A DNA stretch of 64,000 nucleotides from Candidatus Fermentibacteraceae bacterium (GTDB lineage: Bacteria > Fermentibacterota > Fermentibacteria > Fermentibacterales > JCC-6): positions 1-64,000 of the forward strand of contig JBGSZS010000008.1 of assembly GCA_041750285.1 (NCBI GenBank), in the 5' to 3' direction. Shown here one piece after another: positions 8,229 through 17,665 of this stretch; the stretch's first letter is position 1, and each line of letters begins with the position of its first letter. A program made the translations under genes and the position numbers. The notes below the pieces were generated by a model. It ran no database searches and had not been told where the DNA came from. It was given only the letters and a program-made list of their open reading frames with translations.

Positions 8229-9407
8229 TCAGATGAGGCCCAGGCCTCTTCCCACGGTTTTAAAGATCCCAAGGGCCCTGTCGATCATGTCCGGTGTGTG
8301 GCTCGCCATGTAGCTGGTTCTGAGCATTGCCTGCCCCTGATCGACCGCAGGGCTCACCACGGCGTTCGTGAAGACACCGTTTTCGAAGAGCTCCTTCCAG
8401 AATCTGAAGCAGACAAGGTCTTCGCCCACGATTATGGGGACGATGGGGGCCTCGCTGTTGCCCACGTTGAACCCCATGTCACGAAGGCCGCAGCGGCATC
8501 TTTCCGCCGCGTCGTGGGATTTCTGGACAAGGCCGGGCTCTTCCCTGAGGATCTCGAGGACGGCGAGCACCGTAGCCACGGCCGGAGGAGGAAGACTTGC
8601 GCTGAAGATGTTGGTTCGCGCAACGTGCCTTATGTAGTCGATGACGGGTTCGGGACCCGCCCCGAAACCGCCGATGCAGGCGAATGATTTGCTGAAGGTT
8701 CCAACGAGGATGTCGACCCTGTCCTCGCAGCCAAGGTGTTCCGCGGTTCCCCTGCCGTGGGCGCCCATGGCCCCGACGCCGTGAGCGTCGTCGATCATCA
8801 CCCTGACACCGAATTCGGCGCCGAGGTCGCAGAGACCGGGAATGTCCGCCAGGTCACCCTCCATGCTGAAAACGCCGTCGGTGATGATCATGCCGGGATG
8901 CTCCCGGTGCGTTTCGAGCATGTGGCGAAGGTTTTCGAGGTCGTTGTGCCTGTACTTGACTATCTTGGCGTATCCCATGCGTGTACCGTCAATTATCGAG
9001 GCATGGTTCTTGCGGTCGATGAAGAGAACGGTTCCCCGGTCGCCCAGGGTTCCGATGACACCCAGGTTGGCCTGAAAGCCGGTGCTGAAGGTTACGCAGG
9101 CTTCCTTGCCCAGGAAGGATGCCAGCTTCTCCTCAAGCTCGAGATGGATGTCGAGCGTTCCGTTCAGGAAACGGCTGCCGGTGCAGCCCGTGCCGTACTT
9201 CCGAATGGCTTCGCAGGCCCTTTCCATCACGAGAGGGTGATCGGTGAGGCCCAGGTAGTTGTTGGAGCCCAGCATGATCACCTTGCGGCCCTGCATTTCC
9301 ATCTCCGCGCCCACGTGGCCGGAAAGGGGCACGAAATAGGGGTAGAGACCCAGGGCTTTCACCTTGGCCGGTCTGTCGAACTCACCGCACTTCTGAAAGA
9401 TGTCCAT
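8229..9407 (-). CDS. spt: PLP-dependent alpha-oxoamine synthase, probable serine palmitoyltransferase
   Basis: GSNNYLGL, GSRFLNGT, NHASI, DGVFSMEGD, DDAH and GTFSKS motifs; N-terminal KALGLYPYF as in Bacteroidota Spt. Confidence 0.75.
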   Translation of the reverse strand: MDIFQKCGEFDRPAKVKALGLYPYFVPLSGHVGAEMEMQGRKVIMLGSNNYLGLTDHPLVMERACEAIRKYGTGCTGSRFLNGTLDIHLELEEKLASFLGKEACVTFSTGFQANLGVIGTLGDRGTVLFIDRKNHASIIDGTRMGYAKIVKYRHNDLENLRHMLETHREHPGMIITDGVFSMEGDLADIPGLCDLGAEFGVRVMIDDAHGVGAMGAHGRGTAEHLGCEDRVDILVGTFSKSFACIGGFGAGPEPVIDYIRHVARTNIFSASLPPPAVATVLAVLEILREEPGLVQKSHDAAERCRCGLRDMGFNVGNSEAPIVPIIVGEDLVCFRFWKELFENGVFTNAVVSPAVDQGQAMLRTSYMASHTPDMIDRALGIFKTVGRGLGLI

Positions 9408-9528
9408 CACATGCGAACCTGTTCTTCTGGAGTGACTGTCTTCCGGAATAACTTGCGGGAATCTAACACCCTGCGGGGTGAATGGGAACAACCCCATCTG
9501 TTATCTTCGGGGTAACGATGGGAGAAAC

Positions 9529-10452
9529 GTGCGAAAGGTGTTCCTCACGGGAGCAACCGGTTTCGTCGGCGGCGTCCTGGGAAGGCTTCTTGCCGACCGT
9601 GGCTTCACGGTGAAGGCTGCCCTGCGGGGTTCGTCAAACGCGGACCGGGTACCGGAGGGGTGCGAAGTGGTCCGGGTGGACTTCCTCGACCCTGAAAGCC
9701 TTGCCCCCCACCTGCAGGGCGTTGATGTGATCCAGCACGTTGCGGGGGCCGTGAAGGCCAGGTGCCAGGAAGAGTTCGACCTTGCGAACGCCGCTTCCAC
9801 TGCGGCACTGGTCAAGGCCGCGAACGCCGCCTGTCCCGAAGCCCGCTTCATACTGACGTCCAGCCAGGCTGCGGCCGGACCATGCGGGACCGGCCCGGTG
9901 ACAGCCTACGGCAGAAGCAAGCTCCTTGCTGAAAGGGCGGTAACAGGCTTCCACGATCACACGATCGTCAGACCCCCCGCGGTCTTCGGTCCCGGTGACG
10001 AGGCAACCAGAGGAATCTTCAAGCGGGCCAGACGGGGCTTCTTCGCCAGTCCCGGAACCAGGGGGGCCTTCTGTGCGATCTTCGTGGATGACCTGGCCGA
10101 GCTCCTGATGAAGGTCATGGACCACCCGGAGACCCGCGGCAGGATACTTCAGCCCTCCTACCCCGAAAGGATAACCTGGGAGGAGTTTCACACCGCCCTG
10201 CAACGGGCCGCTGGCCGGAAGGTACTTCACGTGAGGGTTCCCGGAAGCCTTGTTCACTTCGCGGGTGCAATGTCCGAAGCCATGGCTTCCTTCACCGGCG
10301 CCTGCCCCATGGTCACGCGTGACAAGGCCCGGGAGCTTACTGCGGGCGAATGGGTCCTGAAGCAGGATGAAGTGGCCGCGCTTCTGGGCTGGCAGCCCCG
10401 GGTGCCCCTTGAGGAGGCGCTGAGGCGGTCACTGGTGTCAGAAGCCCCGTAA
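9529..10452 (+). CDS. NAD-dependent epimerase/dehydratase (extended SDR), candidate ceramide/ketosphinganine reductase
   Basis: TGATGFVG Rossmann motif; YGRSK catalytic motif; divergent from spt. Confidence 0.8.
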   Translation: MRKVFLTGATGFVGGVLGRLLADRGFTVKAALRGSSNADRVPEGCEVVRVDFLDPESLAPHLQGVDVIQHVAGAVKARCQEEFDLANAASTAALVKAANAACPEARFILTSSQAAAGPCGTGPVTAYGRSKLLAERAVTGFHDHTIVRPPAVFGPGDEATRGIFKRARRGFFASPGTRGAFCAIFVDDLAELLMKVMDHPETRGRILQPSYPERITWEEFHTALQRAAGRKVLHVRVPGSLVHFAGAMSEAMASFTGACPMVTRDKARELTAGEWVLKQDEVAALLGWQPRVPLEEALRRSLVSEAP

Positions 10453-11670
10453 GAGAATCCACCCGGAAAGCACCGTGAGGTTCATGGCAGTTACCAGAAC
10501 CCCCGACCTGGCATACTCCCGGAAAGTTATCTTCACCCCGCTGAGCCTTGCCTGCTCGATGACGATGAGGTTGGCCATGCTGCCTATGGTCAGAAGGTTC
10601 CCCGCATAGGTGGTGGCCAGGCTCAGGACGTACCAGAGAACGGTTCCGCCCTGGGGCATGTGCGGACTGAGCAGCACGGTGGCAGGCACGTTGCTGACAA
10701 CGTTGCTGAGGGCGACTGCGGAGAGCGAAAGTGCGAACGGGTTGGACAGGGAAACGCCCCGGCTCTCCAGAAAACCCAGGAACGACTGGGGGATCCCTGT
10801 TGAGTTGAAACCAGCCACCACAACGAAAAGACCGCAGAAGAGCGTTATCAGGTGCCAGTCCACAAGTCCCAGGATCGCCCGGGTGTGCATCTTCCTGCTG
10901 AGAAGCAGAACCCCTGCAACGGTTATTACCGACCACTCCCGGGGGAGCCCCGAGAAAAGCAGGGCAATCACCGCCACGGCCGCAGCAAGCCCCTTCGTGG
11001 TCTGCCAGCGGTCGAAGTCGGGCCACCTCTTCTCCTGCACAGGCTCGGGAACGGCGTCGAAAAAACGCCTTCTGTAAACGAACCTGAGGACGAAGTACGT
11101 CAGAAGAAGACAGACAAGTGATGGAGGGCCGCACCAGTACAGGAACTCCCTGAAGGAGAGACCGGCTGTCTGGCCGATGAGCATGCTCTGCGGGTTGCCT
11201 ATGATGGTGGCGGCCGAACCCAGGTTGGTGGCCATGGCAAGACCGATGAGGAACGGAACAGGGTTCATGCCCCGTCTGCGAAGCGCGAGTGCCAGAACCG
11301 GTGTGAAGGCAAGGCAGATTATGTCGTTCGCAAGCACCGAGGCAAGAAGACCTCCTGTGATCATAATCACGAACAGGAACCTTCCCGGGTTGCCCGCCAT
11401 GGCGGCTATTCTCACCGCCAGCCATGTGTAGAAGCCGCCAAGCCTGAGCTGGGCCGATACGACCATCAGCCCGTAGAGCAGAAGGAGGGTTCCCAGGCTT
11501 ATGGAACCCAGGGCCCGCCCGGGAGTGAGCACCCCGAAAACCACCATGGCTATCGCACCGAGAAGGGCAATGCCCGTGCGGTCTATCGCAAGCCTGGGGA
11601 TGCAACCAAGGGCAACCCCTGCGTATGTGACGAAGAACACCAGTGATGAGACCGTTCCCGAATCCATCAT
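10438..11670 (-). CDS. ArsB/NhaD/SLC13-like anion permease
   Basis: DRTGIALLGA, LANDII, GSAATIIGNPQ, SNVVSNVP and GNLLTIGSMANLIV motifs. Confidence 0.88.
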   Translation of the reverse strand: MMDSGTVSSLVFFVTYAGVALGCIPRLAIDRTGIALLGAIAMVVFGVLTPGRALGSISLGTLLLLYGLMVVSAQLRLGGFYTWLAVRIAAMAGNPGRFLFVIMITGGLLASVLANDIICLAFTPVLALALRRRGMNPVPFLIGLAMATNLGSAATIIGNPQSMLIGQTAGLSFREFLYWCGPPSLVCLLLTYFVLRFVYRRRFFDAVPEPVQEKRWPDFDRWQTTKGLAAAVAVIALLFSGLPREWSVITVAGVLLLSRKMHTRAILGLVDWHLITLFCGLFVVVAGFNSTGIPQSFLGFLESRGVSLSNPFALSLSAVALSNVVSNVPATVLLSPHMPQGGTVLWYVLSLATTYAGNLLTIGSMANLIVIEQARLSGVKITFREYARSGVLVTAMNLTVLSGWILLRGF

Positions 11671-11741
11671 CCCTCCCCCGAAGTGCGGATTATAAACAAA
11701 CCCGCGGGGGCCGCTTCGCCCGGGAATCGTTATAAACGGGT

Positions 11742-12143
11742 GTGAAGCGCCTTCTCACGCAGCCCCCGCTGCCTGAAGGCCAAAGGTTTGGGGGAAAAGT
11801 GAACAGATCTCTGGGCGTTGTCGCTTTCATCCTTTACATCGCTGTCGCACTCATTCTTGTCAGAAGGTACAGGGGAACGGGCGACAAGGGGTTCCTGCTT
11901 CTCGGGCTGCCGCTGGTGATCTCGCCGCTGGTGGCCCTGCCACTGGCGATGTGGCTTCAGATCGGTGTCGACCGCCTGATAGCGGGCCGGGAAGTCAACA
12001 GCTTCCCCTTCACCATGGTCCAGCAGGGCCGCCTCTCCATGGGCGCGCTTCTAACGGTGCTCAACCTGGTCCAGCACGTGATCTGGGGCGTCAGTTCTCT
12101 GATGGCGGTACTCGTTCTGAAGGGCAGCCGAAGAAAGGAATGA
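11742..12143 (+). CDS. Hypothetical membrane protein
   Basis: Three hydrophobic segments; abuts the next gene; start uncertain. Confidence 0.6.
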   Translation: MKRLLTQPPLPEGQRFGGKVNRSLGVVAFILYIAVALILVRRYRGTGDKGFLLLGLPLVISPLVALPLAMWLQIGVDRLIAGREVNSFPFTMVQQGRLSMGALLTVLNLVQHVIWGVSSLMAVLVLKGSRRKE

Positions 12144-12144
12144 C

Positions 12145-13143
12145 ATGAACAGAATCGTTCTTCGTGGAAGCCACCGTGAGATGGGTCGCCAGCAGGGAGC
12201 CCTTTTGAAGGGGGATGGATTCAGTCTTCCCGCTCCCGATGGACGCATGCTGCAGTTCGCAATGGAATGCAGGGAACTGATGCGTCTGCACTGCCCCGAA
12301 CTTCTGGACGAACTCGAGGGGCTTGGAGAATCGGCGGGACTCGATCATGATGCCCTTCTGACACTTTCAATCACGGCTCCCTACGATCCCGACGATCTTC
12401 CCCACAAGGCCTGCACGGTCCTCGCCGTGCTGCCGGAACGTTCACGGGAAGGCCGTACGATAGTGGGACGCAACTTCGATTTCTTTCACGATGTCTCGGC
12501 GGAATCGGCCACCACGTACACAACCCATCCCGAAAGCGGTTACGCAAGTCTGGGCAACTGCGACATCTGGACAGGGCGCGAGGATGGCATCAACGAGGTC
12601 GGTCTGTTCGTCGGACAGGCTGCTTTCTTCCGCCGCGGTCTGAAACCCGGGATAACGTTCTGGTTCATGGTCCGAATGCTCCTTGACCGGTGCGCGACAG
12701 TTGGAGAGGCGTTGGAACTGCTTTCCGTCCTGCCCCACTCGGCGGGTTGGACGTTCCTTCTGGCTGACGGGTCGGGCGATGCCGCCGTGGTCGAGCCCAC
12801 TCCATCCGGGGTGGCCGTGAGGCGCGCCCGGGATGGACTGCTTCTGCTCACGAACCATGCGGTATGCCCGGAATGCGCAGGCCGGGAGGACTGGGTTCCG
12901 CCCGATTCACGCCTGCGTTACAAGCGCCTGCAATTCCTTCTCGGAGGTGAGGGAAAGGTTGACAGGGCCATGGTCAGATCGGCCCTCCGCGATCACGATG
13001 GAATGGTCTGTTCCCATGGAGAGCACTTCCCTGACCGGAGATTCGGTACCCTCTGGTCTGTTGTCGGGTCGCCGGGGGAACACAGCCTCGAAATAGCCAC
13101 CGGGAATCCCTGCGAGTCGGAGTACATCCCGGTGGACTTCTGA
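12145..13143 (+). CDS. C45 family autoproteolytic peptidase/acyltransferase (Ntn hydrolase)
   Basis: GSHREMGRQQG, ACT nucleophile site, GRNFD, DGINEVGL, TNH and SRLRY motifs. Confidence 0.88.
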   Translation: MNRIVLRGSHREMGRQQGALLKGDGFSLPAPDGRMLQFAMECRELMRLHCPELLDELEGLGESAGLDHDALLTLSITAPYDPDDLPHKACTVLAVLPERSREGRTIVGRNFDFFHDVSAESATTYTTHPESGYASLGNCDIWTGREDGINEVGLFVGQAAFFRRGLKPGITFWFMVRMLLDRCATVGEALELLSVLPHSAGWTFLLADGSGDAAVVEPTPSGVAVRRARDGLLLLTNHAVCPECAGREDWVPPDSRLRYKRLQFLLGGEGKVDRAMVRSALRDHDGMVCSHGEHFPDRRFGTLWSVVGSPGEHSLEIATGNPCESEYIPVDF

Positions 13144-13255
13144 GTTCGGGAGCACGTCGAACAGGTCTTGTCTTTCCCTGTTTGACGTATTGTGGGGTAT
13201 ATTTCCGCACGATCGCGGACCCCGGGATCGAATGTTGCGAAAGGAGAGCAGGCTC

Positions 13256-13366
13256 ATGGCAAAGGGACAGGACAAGGTCAAGGAAGTCAAGAAGAAGCCC
13301 GAGAAGACCCTGAAAGAGAAGCGCAAGGAGAAGAAGGAAAAGAAGGAGAAAAAGGCCGCGATCTGA
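13256..13366 (+). CDS. Small lysine-rich protein (36 aa), not in the ORF track
   Basis: MAKGQDKVKEVKKKPEKTLKEKRKEKKEKKEKKAAI*; AAGGAG RBS; TATATT at 13198-13203. Confidence 0.7.
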   Translation: MAKGQDKVKEVKKKPEKTLKEKRKEKKEKKEKKAAI

Positions 13367-13372
13367 CCCTTT

Positions 13373-14119
13373 TCAGCCCGACAGGTCCGGGAGCTTCGCA
13401 AGGTGCGAAAGAACTGCGGCGATGACCCTGTCCCTCTCGCAATCCCTGAAAACCTCGTGATCGGTCTCTGAAAACATCATCACGCTTTTTTGGGTCTCCG
13501 GGGTGGAGATGCCCCTGCTTATGATCTCCGCACTTTTCCAGCTGACCCGTCTGTCGCGCCTGCCCTGAAGGATGAGCGTCGGCGCGGTTACACCGGACAG
13601 CTTCTTCCCTGTCATCTTGACCAGTTCGATCATCGAGTTGATCGAGGACATCGGCGCCCTGCGGTAGTTCCTGTCCGACGCGAGCATTTTCCTGTCGGTG
13701 TAGAACGGGGTCATGTCCCAGCTGTTGAAGACCCTGCCCAGCAAGGGCCTGAGGAAACCCAGGAAATGCCCGGGTGTGAAGGGGCTCGCGAGGTGAATGG
13801 CGGCCCCTGCCAGAACAAGGGCCCCGACCTTTGCCGGGCTGTCCGCGGCAAGGTTCAGAGCCAGAAGCCCTCCCATGCTGTGGCCCACGATCACTGCCCG
13901 GCCGTCCTCCCCCACCGCTTCCTCCAGGGCTTTTCGGGCATCCTCCAGCCAGTCTTTCCAGGTGAATCCCCCGATCATTCTCCAGTCGTTGTGGCTGTGA
14001 CCGCTCAAACTGGGCACTTTCGGCGAATAGCCCTTCTCCCTCAGGGCCGGGATGAGGAACTCGAACGCGAAGGGGCCGGACGTGAAACCATGGATGAGAA
14101 GGACCCTGCAGGGTTTCAC
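13373..14119 (-). CDS. Alpha/beta hydrolase, carboxylesterase/monoacylglycerol lipase-like
   Basis: LLIHGFT oxyanion motif, GHSMGG nucleophile, LQGRRD and DH triad residues. Confidence 0.9.
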   Translation of the reverse strand: MKPCRVLLIHGFTSGPFAFEFLIPALREKGYSPKVPSLSGHSHNDWRMIGGFTWKDWLEDARKALEEAVGEDGRAVIVGHSMGGLLALNLAADSPAKVGALVLAGAAIHLASPFTPGHFLGFLRPLLGRVFNSWDMTPFYTDRKMLASDRNYRRAPMSSINSMIELVKMTGKKLSGVTAPTLILQGRRDRRVSWKSAEIISRGISTPETQKSVMMFSETDHEVFRDCERDRVIAAVLSHLAKLPDLSG

Positions 14120-14622
14120 TTGCCGCCCACCAGGGCCAGAAGTTCCTGTATCGTTGCCCTCCCCGCCTCAACCACTTCCATGGGTTTCCTTCCCGCAGCC
14201 GTAACAGCCTGAATCGCATCGGAGGGAGATAATCCCCTTGCCCGGCTGAGCCAGGCCGCCAGGACTATTCCGGTGCGTCCCATGCCGGCGTAGCAGTGGA
14301 CAACCACCGGAATGCCAAGCGCCTCGGATTCGAGAAGGAAGGGAATGATGTGCCGGGCCATGTCGGAAGAAGAGATCAGGTGAAAATCCTGTACGGGATT
14401 CCAGAGGGTGTTCTCAGCTCCGAAGAACCTTCGGTAGCTTTCAACCGGGGGAGTTTCGTAATCCTCGAGCTGGGATGGGGACAGAAGGCACACGACCCTT
14501 CCGATGCCCTTCTCCTTCATGAACGACAGCCAGCGGTCGACCTGACCGTTCCCGTAACCGGGCTTGCACGCTCCGTGAACGATTGGTTCGCCGGGACGGG
14601 CCGGTGCGAAGTTGTGTATCAA
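14116..14622 (-). CDS. Dual-specificity/tyrosine protein phosphatase
   Basis: VHCYAGMGRTG (CX5R) motif. The real start is likely the TTG overlapping the znuB stop; the upstream part of the ORF is spurious. Confidence 0.85.
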   Translation of the reverse strand: MIHNFAPARPGEPIVHGACKPGYGNGQVDRWLSFMKEKGIGRVVCLLSPSQLEDYETPPVESYRRFFGAENTLWNPVQDFHLISSSDMARHIIPFLLESEALGIPVVVHCYAGMGRTGIVLAAWLSRARGLSPSDAIQAVTAAGRKPMEVVEAGRATIQELLALVGGK

Positions 14623-15479
14623 TTCGCCTCCCTCCGGGTCTTTTTCCAGGCCAGCGCCAGGAAGTAGCAGACGGCTGCGGAAAGGATCACGGCGGCGCCC
14701 GACGTGAGGTTCCACTGCCATGCGGCCATAAGGCCTGCGGTTGTGAAAACGATCCCAAGGACGACCGCCCAGACCATCATGCGCGAAAGCCTTCGGTTGA
14801 ACATGCCGGATATGGCGGCGGGGATGGTGAGAAGCGCGATGACCATGATGAGCCCCACCACCCTCATCATCATCACCACCGAGACAGCCACCAGGCACAG
14901 GAGGGTGATGTGCAGCGCGCCAACCGGCAGACCCCTCACCTCGGAGAAGACCTCGTCGAAACTCACGGCCTGAAACGGCCTGTAGAGAAGTGTAACAACA
15001 AGCAGGACAATAAAGTCCAGAACCACCATCGCGGTGATCTCCCATGAGGATACGGCGAGTATGCTTCCAAAGAGGTAGCTCATCAGGTTGGCCTTGTAAC
15101 CCGGCGTCAGGTCGATGAAAACAACGCCGAGAGCCATGCCGATGGCCCACAGCACCCCTATCACGGTGTCCGCACGCTGCCTCCCCCTCCGCGTGACGAA
15201 CCCCATTACGAACGCAGCGGCAAGGCTGAACAGCAAGGCACCCGCAAGCGGCCACATGCCGGGTCTTGCCGCCGCGGCTCCCGCTCCCGAAAGTACGGCG
15301 TACTGAAGCCAGTAGCCCAGCCCGACCCCTCCATAGGCTGCATGTGCTATGCCTCCGCTTATGAACACGATCCGGCGAACCACGACAAAACTGCCGATGA
15401 TCCCGCAGGCAATGCTGACCAGGATGCCCGCCGCGAGAGCGTTTCTCATAAAACCGGTTTCAAACGCGGAAAGCATCAT
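14619..15479 (-). CDS. znuB: Zn/Mn ABC transporter permease
   Basis: GGIAHAAYGG, SYLFGSIL and VVGLIMVIALLTIPA motifs. Confidence 0.92.
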   Translation of the reverse strand: MMLSAFETGFMRNALAAGILVSIACGIIGSFVVVRRIVFISGGIAHAAYGGVGLGYWLQYAVLSGAGAAAARPGMWPLAGALLFSLAAAFVMGFVTRRGRQRADTVIGVLWAIGMALGVVFIDLTPGYKANLMSYLFGSILAVSSWEITAMVVLDFIVLLVVTLLYRPFQAVSFDEVFSEVRGLPVGALHITLLCLVAVSVVMMMRVVGLIMVIALLTIPAAISGMFNRRLSRMMVWAVVLGIVFTTAGLMAAWQWNLTSGAAVILSAAVCYFLALAWKKTRREAN

Positions 15480-16252
15480 CCACCCTCGTTTTTGTGAACG
15501 GGAAGGACCCTGTGCGGAACGTCCCCGTGCGTGATGATGTCAACGGGGCACTGGTAGGTCCTGCCTATGGATTCCGCGGAGAGCTTGTCCCTGCCATGGT
15601 AGTGGAGTGTCCTGTTGAGGCAGGCGATCGTCTTCACCTCTGAGAATACCGCCGTCAGGTCATGGCTGGTCATGACTATGGTCACGGTTTCATTGAGCTT
15701 GCGAAGAAGATCGTAGACCGAGGAGGAAGCTCCCGGGTCCATGCTGGCCGTGGGCTCGTCGAGAAGAAGCACCGAGGGGAGGACGGCAAGCGCCCTTGCG
15801 AACAGGACGCGCTGCCTCTGCCCCATGGACAGTTCTCCCATGGGTTTGTTCGCAAGATCGAGCATGCCGGTCTTCTCCAGCGAGTCCGACACGATCTCCC
15901 TGTCCCGGGCCGTGATCCTGCCGAACAGGTTGCCCCCCCTGATCCTTCCCATGCATGCCACCTCCCGGACCGTGACGGGGAATCCGGGGTCGTGGCCCCC
16001 GCTCTGCGGAACGTAACCGATGTGCCGCCTTCCGGCTGAGGGAGGCTGTCCCAGGATTGAAACCGACCCGCTCCTGACCGGAACAAGACCCAGAAGCACA
16101 TTAAGAAGGGTTGTCTTGCCCCCGCCGTTCGGCCCGATGATCCCGAGAAAATCACCACGCGGAACCGTCAGGCTCACGCGGTCGAGAACCACTTCCGAGC
16201 CGTAGCCGACAGTGACCCCATTCAGGACCATGGCTTCGGCGGAATCATTCAA
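15476..16252 (-). CDS. znuC: Zn/Mn ABC transporter ATP-binding protein
   Basis: GPNGGGKTT, LSMGQRQR, LLDEPT; C-terminal HGDVPHRVL. Confidence 0.92.
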   Translation of the reverse strand: MNDSAEAMVLNGVTVGYGSEVVLDRVSLTVPRGDFLGIIGPNGGGKTTLLNVLLGLVPVRSGSVSILGQPPSAGRRHIGYVPQSGGHDPGFPVTVREVACMGRIRGGNLFGRITARDREIVSDSLEKTGMLDLANKPMGELSMGQRQRVLFARALAVLPSVLLLDEPTASMDPGASSSVYDLLRKLNETVTIVMTSHDLTAVFSEVKTIACLNRTLHYHGRDKLSAESIGRTYQCPVDIITHGDVPHRVLPVHKNEGG

Positions 16253-17123
16253 CAGGATCTCCCGCAAGGGCTTCAGCGATACGATGCATGCTCCCGGCCC
16301 AGTCATCCGACAGGGGACTGACGAGAACCACCGATCCACCGATCTCCCGGGCAATGACGTCCGCTGCATCGGTTGAGAACTCGGGCTGGGCGAAGACCAC
16401 CGTTATGCCCCGTTCCCTGGCAAGGGCAATCATCCCGGCAAGCTCCGAGGGGCTGGGCTCCTGCCCCCCCTGCTCGACCGATATCATTTCAAGGCCGAAC
16501 TCATCGGCGAAGTATCCCCATGCAGGATGGAACACCAGGAATTCGTTGGTGCCTGACCGCTCGAGAAGGGTACCGATCTCGGCGCTCAACAGGTCAAGCT
16601 CGGCAAGGAACGCCCCGAGGTTTTCGGCGTAAACGGCCGAGTTGGCGGGATCGACCTCCTGCAGGGCTCTGCAGATGTTTCCGGCCTGGATCTTCACAAG
16701 GCCCGGAGCGAGCCAGACATGGGGGTCAAGAGAGCCTTCGGGGTGCTCATGTCCGTGTTCATCGCCCTCTCCGCGGGCAACCCTGGTGATCCCGGCGGCG
16801 CCGTCCACGATCCTCAGCTCCGGATTGGAGGCGGCGATCCGCTGCATCCACACATCCTCGAACGGAACCCCTGTCGTGAAGTAGATCGAAGCATCCTGGA
16901 GCGCTGCCATCTGTGCGGGTCTGGGTTCGTACGTGTGCGGGTCGCTGCCTGCCTCGACCATCACCGTCACATCCACGAGGTCTCCCGCTATCCTCTCCAC
17001 GAACTGCTTCTGGGGTAGGATGCTAACGAAGACGGAGAGCTTTCCGCCGGAAGCTGCGGGAGGAGTCCCGCATGAAGCAGCCAGTGCAAGAAGCGTCACC
17101 AGGGAAACGCAAAAGCCCTTCAC
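16245..17123 (-). CDS. znuA: Zn ABC transporter substrate-binding lipoprotein
   Basis: Lipobox AASC; DPHTYEP, His-rich loop, DPHVW and HPAWGY motifs. Confidence 0.93.
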   Translation of the reverse strand: MKGFCVSLVTLLALAASCGTPPAASGGKLSVFVSILPQKQFVERIAGDLVDVTVMVEAGSDPHTYEPRPAQMAALQDASIYFTTGVPFEDVWMQRIAASNPELRIVDGAAGITRVARGEGDEHGHEHPEGSLDPHVWLAPGLVKIQAGNICRALQEVDPANSAVYAENLGAFLAELDLLSAEIGTLLERSGTNEFLVFHPAWGYFADEFGLEMISVEQGGQEPSPSELAGMIALARERGITVVFAQPEFSTDAADVIAREIGGSVVLVSPLSDDWAGSMHRIAEALAGDPVE

Positions 17124-17563
17124 TAGTCTTCCCCGCGTCTCAGGCAGTCCGGGCAGAGCCCGGTGATCTCAAGGATGTGCCCCGTGACCTCGTACCCAGT
17201 CCGCGCCCTGACATGGGCGAACAGGGGCAGAAGGCCGCAGCACGGGAACTCTGTGACGCGGCCGCATTTCGTGCAGACAACGAAGTGGGTGTCGCCGAAG
17301 CTTGCGCTGTAGGACTGGCAGTGCCCTCCGGAGTGGACCCTGCGGATCATTCCGAGCTTCTCGAAGAGCTCGAGGGCACGGTAGACCGTCACCAGCCCGA
17401 GACCCGGATGGGACGCCCTGCCCAGTCTGCAGACCTCCTCGGGGGTGAGACCTTCCCGGTTGTTTGCGAGGACCTGCAGAACGGTCTTTCTTGGAAGTGT
17501 GAGCCTTACGCCGAACGCCTTCAGAGTTTCAACCCAGGGCTTGTAACTGGAAATCTTTTTCAT
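17123..17563 (-). CDS. zur: Fur family regulator (probably Zur)
   Basis: RLTLPR, TVYRAL and two CxxC pairs; heads the znu operon. Confidence 0.85.
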   Translation of the reverse strand: MKKISSYKPWVETLKAFGVRLTLPRKTVLQVLANNREGLTPEEVCRLGRASHPGLGLVTVYRALELFEKLGMIRRVHSGGHCQSYSASFGDTHFVVCTKCGRVTEFPCCGLLPLFAHVRARTGYEVTGHILEITGLCPDCLRRGED

Positions 17564-17569
17564 CTGTTA

Positions 17570-17598
17570 TGGATAGCACGGGGCTCAGGGTTTGTCAA
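17570..17598 (-). promoter_or_regulatory. Promoter of zur-znu, probably leaderless
   Basis: TTGACA-N17-TATCCA with a TGn extension, 6 nt before the ATG; no SD sequence. Confidence 0.5.
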
Positions 17599-17665
17599 CT
17601 TGGAAGGCAAAGGGGACACCCGCTTCTGCCCGAAGCTAAAGCCAGGTGTCCCCCCTGTTAACCTC

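Noticed and set aside
8229..9407. Annotation as bioF or kbl
   Set aside because: Not excluded, but there are no bio or tdh neighbours, and the N-terminus and adjacent bCerS-like gene favour Spt.
14623..15255. N-terminal 211 aa of the 379-aa ORF 14116..15255
   Set aside because: Alternate-frame overlap with znuB; only the C-terminal phosphatase part is credible.
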